IMG/VR virus record: IMGVR_UViG_3300021093_000041
Span: 1-64,000 of that record
Length of the DNA stretch: 64,000 nt
Source of the DNA: a virus
Reading direction: 5' to 3' (one strand)
Positions 9,236-20,519 of this stretch are shown in pieces. Position numbers and translations under genes: made by a program. Position 1 is the stretch's first letter; each line of letters begins with the position of its first letter. The notes beneath the pieces are model-generated. The model made no database searches and was not told the origin of the DNA. It worked only from the letters and a program-made list of their open reading frames with translations.

Positions 9236-10282
9236 ATGATTTTTAAAAATAAACGGATTGCTATAATTTCTGATTTACATCTTGGAGCTCATCAAAATAA
9301 TCCATCCTGGCATACAATTGCTATAAATTATGCTACGTGGTTGAAAGATATATTAAATCAAAATAGTATAGAAGATATTATGTTTTGCGGAGATTGGTTT
9401 CATCATCGTGATGAAATTAATGTATCTACATTAGACGTGTCATCAAAAATATTAAGCATATTAGATGGGTTTAATATAGTCATGATACCAGGTAATCATG
9501 ACTGTTACTTAAAGCATGACGCATCAATAAATTCGTTATCTGTATTTAAAGGTAAATCGAATGTAACTGTTTTAGATGAGTTATATTCAGCAACAATACA
9601 CGGTAGAAGAGTATCGTTTGCACCTTGGGGTTGTTCTGTAACAAATATACCTGAAAGTGATATAGTATTTGGTCATTTTGAATTAGCTAATTTCCAAATT
9701 AATAATTTCAAAATATGCGACCATGGTGAAGACTATAATCAATTACTTAACAATGCAAGAATAACATTTACTGGTCATTTCCATTTAAATCAGGAGCGTG
9801 TATTTGATAATGGTAAAATTATCTATGTAGGCAATACATTTCAAATGGATTTTGGTGATGCGGAAAGAAAGAAATATGTTTATATTTACAATTTTGTGGA
9901 TAATTCATATGAAACAATAGAGAATACTGTTTCACCTAGACATTATCTTGTTAAATTAAGTGAGATACAAGGTGACAATATAGACAAGACAATACAAAAC
10001 ATTGTTACAAACAATATTGTACGTTTATGTGTAGATAAAAAATTACCACCTGATAACATTAATAAAATATCTACTAAATTATCACAACTTAAACCATTAG
10101 GGTTTAGTGTAGATTATAAACTAGATATTGATAAAATTGATATTAACGCAAACCAGGATACTCATCTTCAAAGTATAGATATACCTACAATGATTGATGA
10201 GTTTATTAATTTAATGGAGATAGATAATAAACCTGAAGTGCGTAAATATGTTAATAATTTATATAAGGAATGTTTAAAATGA
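9236..10282 (+). CDS. 47: Recombination endonuclease subunit gp47 (Mre11/SbcD-like)
   Basis: SDLHLG, GDWF, GNHD, GHFE, GHFH metallophosphoesterase motifs. Confidence 0.92.
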   Translation: MIFKNKRIAIISDLHLGAHQNNPSWHTIAINYATWLKDILNQNSIEDIMFCGDWFHHRDEINVSTLDVSSKILSILDGFNIVMIPGNHDCYLKHDASINSLSVFKGKSNVTVLDELYSATIHGRRVSFAPWGCSVTNIPESDIVFGHFELANFQINNFKICDHGEDYNQLLNNARITFTGHFHLNQERVFDNGKIIYVGNTFQMDFGDAERKKYVYIYNFVDNSYETIENTVSPRHYLVKLSEIQGDNIDKTIQNIVTNNIVRLCVDKKLPPDNINKISTKLSQLKPLGFSVDYKLDIDKIDINANQDTHLQSIDIPTMIDEFINLMEIDNKPEVRKYVNNLYKECLK

Positions 10283-11010
10283 ATAAAACCGGTTTTTTAA
10301 TTTATCACGATAGTAATAAACAAAATTGCACTAAATTAGTAGATCTACTTTCAACGGTAAATAATTCATATACCGTTGTAACTAATGATTTAAACACTAA
10401 TAACTTTAAATGCGATACAAAAATTTATAGAGCTGATAAAAAGTATTTTTCAGCTTGTGTAAATGATGGTTTAAGAGAACTTAGTAAAAATAATTGCGAG
10501 CATATTTTTATTATACGTGATAATGTTGAATTATTAGATACAAATTTTGTAAATGAGTATGTAAAATGCTTTGAAAATACCGGTATACACATTTTATTCA
10601 ATGTAGATGCCGAACGAGTTATTTTAGATTATAAAGATTGTTCGGTAAAAGTAACAGATCGTTTTTCGAAACATTTTGTATATTTAAATTTGAAGTGTAT
10701 AAAGGAAATAGGTTATTTTGACGAAAAATATCAGGATTCATTCGAAGCATTAGACTATTATTATAGGTTATATAATAAGGGTTTAAGTACACCTGTGAGT
10801 TACTTTACATCACCTAACATTAATAAGTTCAATGTAATTGAGCAACCTACAACCACCCCGTTTGAAGAAGATATAATGTTAAGAGGGCTTAAACTGTTCA
10901 AACTCAAGTATAATTACACCCCTGTTGATTTACCTCTGTTAACAATGACTGAAGCATCACAGGTATATCAAAAACTTTTTACTAGATTTGCTAAAAATAA
11001 TACGGTATAA
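10279..11010 (+). CDS. Divergent GT2-like glycosyltransferase
   Basis: ACVNDGL...HIFIIRDNV and IGYFDEKY...EALDYYYR patterns; DxD is degenerate. Confidence 0.55.
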   Translation: MNKTGFLIYHDSNKQNCTKLVDLLSTVNNSYTVVTNDLNTNNFKCDTKIYRADKKYFSACVNDGLRELSKNNCEHIFIIRDNVELLDTNFVNEYVKCFENTGIHILFNVDAERVILDYKDCSVKVTDRFSKHFVYLNLKCIKEIGYFDEKYQDSFEALDYYYRLYNKGLSTPVSYFTSPNINKFNVIEQPTTTPFEEDIMLRGLKLFKLKYNYTPVDLPLLTMTEASQVYQKLFTRFAKNNTV

Positions 11011-11018
11011 TTTACAAA

Positions 11019-12824
11019 ATGAAACACATTTACTTTAATCGTATATCGATTAAAAACTTTCTTTCTATAGGTACTGAACCTGTTAGTGTTGAATTCAACA
11101 AAGGTTTACACATTATTACAGGTTACAATAAAGATAAAGAGGATAGACGCAATGCAGTCGGTAAAACCACTATATTAGATGCTATTAACTTTGCTGTATT
11201 TGGTAATACAGTGAGGGATCTTAAAAAAGATTTAGTGGTTAATAATATAACCAATGACACATGTGAAGTTGAGCTTAATTTCACTATTGATGATAAATCG
11301 GTACGTAACACATATACAGTTATACGTAGAATTAACCCCTCTGAATTATTTTTATATCGTGATGGTGAAAATATTACCATGCACACCATGGCAGGGACTA
11401 ACAATCTTATTACAGATTTAATATCGTGTAATGAGGAGGTTTTCCAAAATTGTATTATAATGAGTGCAAATTCTTCAACACCATTTATGGCAAAGAAAAT
11501 GGTTGAGAAGAGAAAATTTATTGAAGGTATTTTTTCGTTAGAAGTTTTTAGTGAAATGCTTTCTAAAGTTAGAGATAATTATAATTCCAATAAAAAAGAA
11601 TGTGATATAGATTCTGCAAAGTATAATGAAATTAAAACTGCAGTAACAAATTACACCAATCAAAGACAAGGTATTTTAAATGAGCGTCTTTCTAAAAAGA
11701 AAGAAAAAGAAAAGACACTTAAGGAAAATAACGAAAAAATACAAAAACTAAAAAATGCAGATAAAACATCAAATGATGATGTTGATATAGAAGGTAGGCA
11801 AGATAGAATAAAAGTTTTAAATAAAGCTATTGATGAATTAGATAATAAAATTAATCAGCTTACTATATCTATAACTACATCAAAAACTGAAGTAACCACA
11901 CTTACAAACAAATACAACTTAATTGGTACAAAGAATGATTTATGTGATGTATGCTTAAGACCAATAGATGTAACCGATAGAGCACACATCAATAAAGAAA
12001 AAGATACGTTAAAAGATAAAATAATATCTATAGGTCAATCTTGTAAAACTAATACCGATAAACTACAAGTTTACAAAACACAAAAAGAAAAAGTTAAAAA
12101 AGAAATAGAAAAAATTAGTAATGAAATTACTACAATTTCAAAACAATTAGAATCAAAAAAATCACTTTCTACGGCTATTAAAAGCTTAGAGGATTGGAAT
12201 AAAAATATTGAGAATGAGCTTATAACGTATAATAGTACTTCTACAGACTTTGATGAAGTTATCAACACAACAACAGATAAACTCAATACAGCAAAGACTA
12301 AGTTGGATAACTTAAAAGCAACGTTGAGTATGCTTGATGCTGTAAAATATATTGTTTCAGAAGAAGGTGTAAAATCGTTTATAATTAAAAAAGTGCTCGA
12401 ATTGTTTAATGGTAGAATTGCATATTATCTTAAAAAAATGGATAGCAATTGCACCTGTGTTTTTGATGAGTATTTTGACGAAAAATTTACTAATGAAAAG
12501 GGTAAATCGTGTTCATATTTTAATTTTTCAGGTGCTGAACGTAAAGCAATTGATTTAGCATGTCTTTTTACGTTTATGGATGTGCGTAGACTCCAGGGTG
12601 GTGTCTCAATTAATATTAGTATATACGATGAATTGCTTGATAGCAGTGTTGATGAACGAGGTATAGAACTTGTTTTAAATATTCTAAAGGAGCGGGTTGA
12701 ACAAAATAATGAATGCGTGATGGTTATTAGCCATCGTAAAGAAAGTGCAAAATTTGCTACCGGTGAAATCATATGTCTTGAAAAAAGAAATGGTATTACC
12801 ACCCGTGTGGAATATATAGAATAA
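11019..12824 (+). CDS. 46: Recombination ATPase gp46 (Rad50/SbcC-like)
   Basis: KNFLSIG, NAVGKTT, CDVC hook, FSGAE, YDELLD, ISH. Confidence 0.95.
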   Translation: MKHIYFNRISIKNFLSIGTEPVSVEFNKGLHIITGYNKDKEDRRNAVGKTTILDAINFAVFGNTVRDLKKDLVVNNITNDTCEVELNFTIDDKSVRNTYTVIRRINPSELFLYRDGENITMHTMAGTNNLITDLISCNEEVFQNCIIMSANSSTPFMAKKMVEKRKFIEGIFSLEVFSEMLSKVRDNYNSNKKECDIDSAKYNEIKTAVTNYTNQRQGILNERLSKKKEKEKTLKENNEKIQKLKNADKTSNDDVDIEGRQDRIKVLNKAIDELDNKINQLTISITTSKTEVTTLTNKYNLIGTKNDLCDVCLRPIDVTDRAHINKEKDTLKDKIISIGQSCKTNTDKLQVYKTQKEKVKKEIEKISNEITTISKQLESKKSLSTAIKSLEDWNKNIENELITYNSTSTDFDEVINTTTDKLNTAKTKLDNLKATLSMLDAVKYIVSEEGVKSFIIKKVLELFNGRIAYYLKKMDSNCTCVFDEYFDEKFTNEKGKSCSYFNFSGAERKAIDLACLFTFMDVRRLQGGVSINISIYDELLDSSVDERGIELVLNILKERVEQNNECVMVISHRKESAKFATGEIICLEKRNGITTRVEYIE

Positions 12825-12840
12825 TACGTTAAGTTTAATT

Positions 12841-14061
12841 ATGTTTACATCGCTCCCGGGTACATCACCATTTGCTGCACCTTTTAAACCTGTATTTGCA
12901 CAGCAGCAACCCACGCCTGGTGTTATACCTCACAGTGAGCGTTTAATACCTATTCAACAATCTGTTCAAGACACTGTTAAAGTTTTTAATTTTTTAGCTG
13001 ATCACGGTGGTTGTGGTTGTTGGAGATTAATTTGGCCTGAAATGATAATGAATCTCAGAGGTGATTTATTATCTTTTAATGGTATTTTTATGTTACGTGA
13101 TGAACGATTTTATAGTCAAATGACTACAATCCGTATACAACGTCAAGCTTCACCGCAACAGTTAGAGTTTATTAAATTTTTAAAAGATATACAAAAGAGA
13201 AATAAATTCAAAATCGTATATGAAATTGATGATATAACATTTAGAGAAGATATTCCTGATTATAATAGATTTAAAGTAGCGTTCGCTTCAGATGATGTTA
13301 GAATAAGTTGTGAAGAAATAATGAATCTATGCGACGAAATTACAGTAACATGTGATTTCATGAAAGATTATTATAAATCTAAAATAGCTAATCAAAACGT
13401 TACTGTAATACCTAACTATGTACCTAGATTTTGGATGGGTAATTTTTATAACAAAGAAAAGTTGTTAAAGAATCTAAACGATAATAAAAACAAGCCACGT
13501 ATTTTATATAATGGTTCAGCTGCACATTTTGACGTTGATAATAGAGTAAAGCAGCATGATGATTTTTACCATGTTAATGAAGCAATTATTAAAACAAGGA
13601 AAAAATTTAAGTGGATATTTATCGGTGCTGCATCACAAACTTTAATACCGTATATTAAGTCAGGTGAAATTGAATTTCACCCTTGGTGTAAATTAATGGA
13701 TTACCCGTATTTTATTGATAAACTCAACGTACAAATGATGGTAGCTCCATTAGCTGATAATACATTTAATAAGTCAAAGAGTGATCTAAAATATCTTGAA
13801 GGTGCATGTTACGGTATACCTGTAGCTTGTCAAGATATGGTAACATATAAAAACGCACCTATAAGATTTAAAACTGGTGATGAAATGATAGATCAAATTG
13901 ACGAAAATTTAAAAGAAGGCAATTATAAGAGACAGGCTACAAATGCTCGCAAAATTGCAGAAAGCCGTTTTTTAGAAAATGAGGGAAATATAATGAAATT
14001 TGTTGAGATGTATAAATACCCATACGGGTCAATTGAACGAAAATTTTTAAGTAAAACTTGA
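12841..14061 (+). CDS. GT-B glycosyltransferase
   Basis: GCGCWRL.WP, YEIDD, VIPN, APLADNTFNKSKSDLKYLE. Confidence 0.8.
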   Translation: MFTSLPGTSPFAAPFKPVFAQQQPTPGVIPHSERLIPIQQSVQDTVKVFNFLADHGGCGCWRLIWPEMIMNLRGDLLSFNGIFMLRDERFYSQMTTIRIQRQASPQQLEFIKFLKDIQKRNKFKIVYEIDDITFREDIPDYNRFKVAFASDDVRISCEEIMNLCDEITVTCDFMKDYYKSKIANQNVTVIPNYVPRFWMGNFYNKEKLLKNLNDNKNKPRILYNGSAAHFDVDNRVKQHDDFYHVNEAIIKTRKKFKWIFIGAASQTLIPYIKSGEIEFHPWCKLMDYPYFIDKLNVQMMVAPLADNTFNKSKSDLKYLEGACYGIPVACQDMVTYKNAPIRFKTGDEMIDQIDENLKEGNYKRQATNARKIAESRFLENEGNIMKFVEMYKYPYGSIERKFLSKT

Positions 14062-14094
14062 TGATTTTACAAAAATAACTTATCATAAGTTATC

Positions 14095-16680
14095 ATGAGT
14101 TATAGGAGTATAACGTATCATCCTAGAGAAGAGATGATGCGTTTGTATACATGGGATGAAAATGGTAATCGCATTACTGTTGATCATACTTTTCACCCAT
14201 ATCTTTATGTAGAGGTACCCACCGAAAGACAAGGTACTGCAGTTTCTTTGTTTAAAACCCCTTTAAAGAAACTCAATTTTAAATCGCAATATGATAGAAG
14301 TAAGTTTATTAAAGATAACAATATAACAAGAGTTTTTGAAAACTTACCGTACTATCAACAATTTTTAATTGATAGGTTTTGGCAAGTTAATGAAACACCA
14401 GATTTTTCAAAGTTTCCTATCAAGATGTTATTACTTGATATTGAAACATATTCACCTGACGGATTTCCTGATATTGCAAAAGCAAATCACCCTATCAACG
14501 TTATTACTATATATGATAGTTTATCTAAAAAGTTTGTAACATGGGGTATTAAACCTTATAGTGGTATAACCCAAGACCACAACTACATATATTGCCGTAC
14601 TGAAAAAGATTTGTTAAACAGTTTTTTAACGTATATTGAATCAGACTATCCTGATATTTTAAGTGGTTGGAACTCTGAGTTTTTTGATTTACCATACATT
14701 ATTAATAGATGTGCAAATATTTTAGGTGAAGATGAAATGCGTAGACTTTCACCTGTAAAAAATGTTTATAGTAGAAATATTTTAGGTAAATTTGGTAGAC
14801 CACAAATAAGGTGGTATGTTGATGGTGTATCGTTACTTGATTACCTTGATATATATAAAAGGTTTTCACCTGAACGTGAATCCTATAAATTAGATTATAT
14901 AGGTGAAATTGAAGAAGTTGGTACTAAAGTTAAATTTACCAATACTGATCTTGTAGGTTTAGCTGATAAAGATTGGGAAAAATTTGTCGAGTATAACGTG
15001 CAAGACGTGCGATTACTTGTTAAACTTGAAGAAAAACTTCAATACTTAGGTCTTGTTAGAATGCTTGCCTATGTAGGTTTAACTACATTTGAAGCTGCAA
15101 TGGGTAGTTTGTCGGTTATTAATGGTGCAATGGCGGTTAAAGGTAGATATCGTAATCAAATAATACCTACTTTTATACGTAACGATCCTGATAATACTAA
15201 TCCAGGTGCATATGTAGGTGAACCTAAACAAGGTTTTCAAAAATATGTATTCTCATTTGACGCTACTAGTCTATATCCTAGTGTGATGATTAGTCTTAAT
15301 CTATCACCTGAGACTAAAATTGGTAAACTGGTTGGTGTTGAAGATGATAAATATAGTATACAGCTTACTAACGGTAAAACAAAAACAGTTAGTAAAGCTA
15401 TATACGAAAAATTTATAAAAGACCATGAAATAGCTATTACTAAAGCAAATGTCTTATTTACGCAAAAAGAAAAAGGTATAGTACCGGAAATCGTAGATTA
15501 TTACTTTGCTAAACGTAATGAGTTTAAGAAAGAGTATATCAATCGGAAAAAATATCTTGCAAGTCTGAAACCTACCGACCCTGAGTATAAGACAGTTTCT
15601 GCAGAAGTGCAAAGATTAGGCACCAAACAATTAACTGTTAAGATTTTTATTAATTCAATATACGGTTATTTTGGTAATAAACAGGCACCTATTGGTGATG
15701 ATGATATTGCCTCATCTATTACACTTACCGGTCAAGGTGTTATTAAACAGAGTAATAGTATTATAACAAACTTTATTAGCAAGAAAGCAAATATACCTAT
15801 TGAAGTTCTTGAAAAAGATACACCAGTAATTTATAACGATACAGATTCATCTTATATATCAATTAGACATCTTATTGATAAATTAAATATCCCATTTATC
15901 GATAAAGATGGTAATGTTAGTCAGCAAGTGTATAGTATTGAGAATGAACTTGTTACGTTTCTTAACAAGGAAATTACAAAGTGGGGTTTAAGTGAATTAA
16001 ACAGTAAAGACTGTAGATTTTCATTTAAACGTGAATGTATAGGTGATGTCGGTGTTTTTCTACAAAAGAAAAGATATGTATTACATGTTCTTGACGAAGA
16101 AGGTGTAAAGAAAGCTAAAACAAAATATGTAGGCGTTGAGGTAGTACGCACTTCAATACCTACTGCACTTAAACCTTTACTTAAAGAGGTTATGGAAATA
16201 ATGTTAAGTACGCAAGATTATGCAAAAGCTAATCATGCGCTTAAACATGTATATGATACTTTTAAAACACTACCTATTGAAAATGTAGCAACGGTAATGG
16301 GTATGAAAAATTACGAAAAGTATGCAGCACAGTGTAATGAGTTCACTGTATGTAAAGGTATGCCTATACACTGCAAAGCTGCATATTATTACAATAAAAT
16401 ACTTGAAAGAGATAAGCTTGATAAAATTTACGAAAAAATAAGCTCAGGGGATAAGGTTAGATTTTTCTATGTTCAAAAACCCAACCAGTTTGGTATTGAT
16501 GCAATAGCATTTAAATATTCATGGCCTCAAGAACTTTCAAAGTATTTCAAACTTGACTACGATAAGGTTTTTGAAAAAGCAATATTTGCACCAATTGAAC
16601 GAATGTATGAGGCTGTAGGTTGGAGAGCTCATATACCTAATAAGGCTGTGCAGACAGATTTATTTTCACTCTTAAGTTGA
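14095..16680 (+). CDS. 43: Family B DNA polymerase (gp43)
   Basis: DIET, GWNSEFFDLPY, FDATSLYPS, KIFINSIYG, YNDTDS, KKRY. Confidence 0.97.
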   Translation: MSYRSITYHPREEMMRLYTWDENGNRITVDHTFHPYLYVEVPTERQGTAVSLFKTPLKKLNFKSQYDRSKFIKDNNITRVFENLPYYQQFLIDRFWQVNETPDFSKFPIKMLLLDIETYSPDGFPDIAKANHPINVITIYDSLSKKFVTWGIKPYSGITQDHNYIYCRTEKDLLNSFLTYIESDYPDILSGWNSEFFDLPYIINRCANILGEDEMRRLSPVKNVYSRNILGKFGRPQIRWYVDGVSLLDYLDIYKRFSPERESYKLDYIGEIEEVGTKVKFTNTDLVGLADKDWEKFVEYNVQDVRLLVKLEEKLQYLGLVRMLAYVGLTTFEAAMGSLSVINGAMAVKGRYRNQIIPTFIRNDPDNTNPGAYVGEPKQGFQKYVFSFDATSLYPSVMISLNLSPETKIGKLVGVEDDKYSIQLTNGKTKTVSKAIYEKFIKDHEIAITKANVLFTQKEKGIVPEIVDYYFAKRNEFKKEYINRKKYLASLKPTDPEYKTVSAEVQRLGTKQLTVKIFINSIYGYFGNKQAPIGDDDIASSITLTGQGVIKQSNSIITNFISKKANIPIEVLEKDTPVIYNDTDSSYISIRHLIDKLNIPFIDKDGNVSQQVYSIENELVTFLNKEITKWGLSELNSKDCRFSFKRECIGDVGVFLQKKRYVLHVLDEEGVKKAKTKYVGVEVVRTSIPTALKPLLKEVMEIMLSTQDYAKANHALKHVYDTFKTLPIENVATVMGMKNYEKYAAQCNEFTVCKGMPIHCKAAYYYNKILERDKLDKIYEKISSGDKVRFFYVQKPNQFGIDAIAFKYSWPQELSKYFKLDYDKVFEKAIFAPIERMYEAVGWRAHIPNKAVQTDLFSLLS

Positions 16681-16712
16681 TTTTTATTTATTTCAATTAT
16701 AATAATAATATT

Positions 16713-17069
16713 ATGGAAGAACAAATAAGCATATATGTCGATGGTGCTGGTAGATACATACTTGGTATTGAAATTGCTTCAGACAATGACAATACTATAC
16801 GTGTTAAAAATCCTGCATTAATTGTAATCAATACCGGTGCAAATGGCCAAATTCAAATTCAAACAATACCTTTTTTCTTTAGAGAGTTAACCGCACCGGG
16901 TTGCGACCGGTGTATTTGGGACTTTCCAAAGAATAATTGTGCTAAAGCAACTTCAATTGAATTGAGTGAACAGCTTAAAAAGCAGTATTATAATGCTGTA
17001 AACCCACCACAAGCACAAGTGCAACAAGCTAGCGAGCAAATAAAGGTTGTCAAACTTTTTGATGAGTAA
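16713..17069 (+). CDS. Hypothetical protein
   Basis: ORF between gp43 and uvsX; ATG 16713 preferred over TTG 16677. Confidence 0.55.
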   Translation: MEEQISIYVDGAGRYILGIEIASDNDNTIRVKNPALIVINTGANGQIQIQTIPFFFRELTAPGCDRCIWDFPKNNCAKATSIELSEQLKKQYYNAVNPPQAQVQQASEQIKVVKLFDE

Positions 17070-17071
17070 AT

Positions 17072-18172
17072 ATGGGAACTAAAGAAATAGATATTAACGA
17101 CGTTTTTGAACGTCTTGATAAACTCAACCCTGAAGCTACTTTTCTTAGTGAAAGTGCTTTATCAAACGTAGATACCTGGTATGATACTGGTTGCTACGCT
17201 CTAAATGCCATTGTTAGTGGTAAAATACGCAATGGTGGTGTACCTAAAGGTCGTATCGTAGGGTTTTCTGGAGAATCTGGTGTTGGTAAAACCTTTATTA
17301 TTAATAAAATTCTTGGTATTGCACAAAATAAACTCGGTTTGATACCAGTTATTTTTGATACTGAGTTCGCTGTCGATAAAGAAAGTGCTATCAATGTTGG
17401 GGTTAACCCTGAAAAGACCAAATATGTTCCAGTCTATACTGTTGAGCAATGCAGGAATCAACTATCTACATTTTTAGATAGTGTGGTTGAAAAAGGTCTT
17501 CAAGGTAGGTTTATTGTAAGTGTTGACTCACTTGGTAACCTTGCATCTCAAAAAGAAATTGATGATGTTGAAAAGGATAAATCTGCTGCTGATATGGGTC
17601 TTCGTGCTAAGACGCTGAAAGCTATGATGCGCCTTATTACCTACAAGGCTGCTGCTGCAGGCACCACTATATTGTTTAGTAACCATGTTTATGGTGATCC
17701 TACTGCAATGTACCCATCTTTGGTAAAGAACCAGGCTGGTGGTAGTGGTCCTACATATCTTGCAAGTGTTCTATGTCAAATAGCTGCTTCTAATGAAAAG
17801 CAAGATGAAAATAACGAGAATGATGAAATGCTTACAGAAGCACGTAATTACTCTGGTAAAACTTTACGGTTTTTAACTGTAAAAAATCGTTTTATACCTC
17901 AGTATTTACAGGCTGAAATTTATCTTAATTTTAAGACAGGTTTAGATAAATACAGTGGTTTGAGGGATATGGCTGTAAATCACGGTGTTCTTATATCCAA
18001 TGGGCCCACATTTCAGATTGGAATAACATCTGAAGATGGTAAGTATAAACAAGGTGATAAGATTGGGTATTACAAAAATTGGTCTAAAGATATCGATTTT
18101 TGGGAGAACTACATTATACCTGAACTCGATAAAAAATTAGCAGTGGCTTATAGGTATGGTGTAAGTAAATAA
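17072..18172 (+). CDS. uvsX: RecA-like recombinase UvsX
   Basis: DTGCYALN, GESGVGKT, FDTE, DSLG, ADMGLRAK, GGSG. Confidence 0.93.
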   Translation: MGTKEIDINDVFERLDKLNPEATFLSESALSNVDTWYDTGCYALNAIVSGKIRNGGVPKGRIVGFSGESGVGKTFIINKILGIAQNKLGLIPVIFDTEFAVDKESAINVGVNPEKTKYVPVYTVEQCRNQLSTFLDSVVEKGLQGRFIVSVDSLGNLASQKEIDDVEKDKSAADMGLRAKTLKAMMRLITYKAAAAGTTILFSNHVYGDPTAMYPSLVKNQAGGSGPTYLASVLCQIAASNEKQDENNENDEMLTEARNYSGKTLRFLTVKNRFIPQYLQAEIYLNFKTGLDKYSGLRDMAVNHGVLISNGPTFQIGITSEDGKYKQGDKIGYYKNWSKDIDFWENYIIPELDKKLAVAYRYGVSK

Positions 18173-18176
18173 GTAC

Positions 18177-19748
18177 ATGGCTAATATTGGATTTTACGGC
18201 TCACATAACGGTGGTATTGCAGTTGAACAGAACGGTAAATATACTGTTGTTGAGTTTGAAAGATTATTTAACGGTAAAAATTTAGGTCTAGCACAATATA
18301 AAGTTGCTAGGAATAGAGAGTTGGGTTTAAAGACGGCTCTTTTATATTTACAAAATAATCTTGGTATTGAGTTTCCTGTAGATGTAATGGTTCATAGTAA
18401 CTCTGAAGTTACACACAATGATATAGTAACAAGCTACAAGGATTTTATACCAGCTACAAAATTAGTAAGAACTTGGCACCACCGTGCCCATGCAGCCTCA
18501 TCGTATTACCAGTCTAATTTTGATGAGGCTGTTATTATTTCATATGATGGTGGTGGTGATGATGGGTTTTTTAACGTATTTACAGCAAATAGAAAAGACG
18601 GTTTATCACATATAGGAAGTCACCATGTTGATATGGGGTTCCCGTACATGATAATAGCTCATTATCTTGAACCGATAAAGCAAGAATGGATAGGTGATGG
18701 TAATTTAGTGTATGGTGGTAAGATAATGGGTCTATGTAATTATGGTCAATCAATACCTGCATGGGAAAAACCTATGCGCAAATTCTATATGTCAGCTCCA
18801 TGTGGTGAAACTTATATAGAAAAAGTAAAAATATTAAGTGCTGAGATAGGTGTACCGTTCAACGAGGGTTTGAGACTCACAGGTGAGATTGCATATAATT
18901 TAGCGGCTACGTCGCAAAAAGTTTTTGAAGATATTTTCTTTGAAATAGCGTCACCTTATTTCATTAGATGTAATTATCCAATTATATTAACAGGTGGATG
19001 CGCTTTGAATATTTTAGTAAATCAAAAGGTTAAGGAAAAATACCCTAACCGTAAAATATTTGTAGCACCCAATAGTAATGATTGCGGTATTGCGTTAGGG
19101 TTTTTACTTGATTACATGAAACCTAAGGACCCTGTAGATGTAACTTATGGGGGACCTGAAGTTTTTGATAGAAATACACTTTCTGATATATACGAATCAC
19201 GGTATAGTTTTAAAATAACACCTGCAAAAGCAGCTTCTTTATTTGCTGATGGTAAAATAGTGGGTGTAGTACAAGGTGGTTGTGAACACGGACCTAGAGC
19301 ATTAGGTCATAGAAGTATTATGTGTAACCCTTCGTTTCCTCAAATGAAGGATATATTAAATGCAAAAGTAAAAAATAGAGAATGGTATAGACCTTTTGCA
19401 CCTGTTGTAAGACTTGAAGAAGTTTCGACGTATTTTGAATGGGAAGGTGAGTGTAGGCATATGTTATTTTGTCCTAAAGTTAAACCTGAATGGAGAGATA
19501 AATTATCATCTATCACCCACGTTGATGGTACTGCAAGAGTTCAAACAATTACCCGTGAACAAAATGAATGGTTGTATGATGTTTTAACAGAGTTAAAAAA
19601 GCTTGTAGGTCACGGGGTGCTGTTGAATACATCATTTAATGTTGCAGGCAAACCAATATTAAACACATACCGAGATGCACTCGTTGTTTTAGATAAGACG
19701 CAAATGGACTTTTTAATATTGGAAGATATTCTTGTACATAAGTCTTGA
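18177..19748 (+). CDS. Carbamoyltransferase (NodU/CmcH/TobZ family)
   Basis: HHRAHAASS, DGGGD, GKIMGL, GGCALN, EHGPRALGHRS, KNREWYRPFAP, LLNTSFN. Confidence 0.93.
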   Translation: MANIGFYGSHNGGIAVEQNGKYTVVEFERLFNGKNLGLAQYKVARNRELGLKTALLYLQNNLGIEFPVDVMVHSNSEVTHNDIVTSYKDFIPATKLVRTWHHRAHAASSYYQSNFDEAVIISYDGGGDDGFFNVFTANRKDGLSHIGSHHVDMGFPYMIIAHYLEPIKQEWIGDGNLVYGGKIMGLCNYGQSIPAWEKPMRKFYMSAPCGETYIEKVKILSAEIGVPFNEGLRLTGEIAYNLAATSQKVFEDIFFEIASPYFIRCNYPIILTGGCALNILVNQKVKEKYPNRKIFVAPNSNDCGIALGFLLDYMKPKDPVDVTYGGPEVFDRNTLSDIYESRYSFKITPAKAASLFADGKIVGVVQGGCEHGPRALGHRSIMCNPSFPQMKDILNAKVKNREWYRPFAPVVRLEEVSTYFEWEGECRHMLFCPKVKPEWRDKLSSITHVDGTARVQTITREQNEWLYDVLTELKKLVGHGVLLNTSFNVAGKPILNTYRDALVVLDKTQMDFLILEDILVHKS

Positions 19749-19772
19749 TTTATATTTGAGAATTTTTATAAT
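19745..19772 (+). promoter_or_regulatory. Sigma70-type early promoter of queC (representative)
   Basis: TTGATT-N16-TATAAT-N6-ATG. Confidence 0.7.
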
Positions 19773-19778
19773 AAAAAT

Positions 19779-20519
19779 ATGACCAACAATGGTGTTGTAT
19801 TAGGTGTAAGTGGTGGTATGGACTCTTCTGTACTACTTCACAAAACGTTAGAATATTTTGATAATATACATGCAGTGTTTTTTGACTATGGTCAAAGACA
19901 TATTATAGAAAAGACTTGCGCTGAAATGCAAATTAATCACGTTAGGTCAAAATTGAAACCTAACCAAACGTTACAATTTAAAACAATTGATGTGAGATTT
20001 ATTAGAGAAATTGCTCCAACGAGTTCGTTAACTAATAATAAAATTGCTACACCTAATGTTAAAAATGTAATGGGAGAGGCTCAACCATTAAGTTACGTAC
20101 CAAACCGCAACTTGATGTTTTTAAGTATTTTAGCCTCATTAGCTGAAGCAAATAACATAACATCAATATGGCATGGGTCTGCTCAAGCTGATACACTTGC
20201 AGGTTATTGGGATTCAAGTAGCGAATTTAGAAATAATTTAAATAACCTACTTTCATTAAATAGAACAATACGAATAACGGTAGATACACCTCTTATATTA
20301 ATGAGTAAAAAAGACATTGTACTTGAAGGTGTGCGGTTAGGTGTTAATTTCGGTAATACATACACTTGTTATAGCGGTGAAATGGTTTCAGATGCTGAAA
20401 GTGTAAGTAGTAGTTTGCGTATTAAAGGGTTTATCGATGCAGGTTATATAGACCCACTTGCTTATAAGCAAGATTTATCCCTAATATGGGAAAAATATAA
20501 CTGTAAACGTATAGATTAA
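19779..20519 (+). CDS. queC: QueC-like 7-cyano-7-deazaguanine synthase
   Basis: SGGMDS, DYGQRH, YVPNRN, TYTCY; distal Zn-binding cysteines absent. Confidence 0.88.
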   Translation: MTNNGVVLGVSGGMDSSVLLHKTLEYFDNIHAVFFDYGQRHIIEKTCAEMQINHVRSKLKPNQTLQFKTIDVRFIREIAPTSSLTNNKIATPNVKNVMGEAQPLSYVPNRNLMFLSILASLAEANNITSIWHGSAQADTLAGYWDSSSEFRNNLNNLLSLNRTIRITVDTPLILMSKKDIVLEGVRLGVNFGNTYTCYSGEMVSDAESVSSSLRIKGFIDAGYIDPLAYKQDLSLIWEKYNCKRID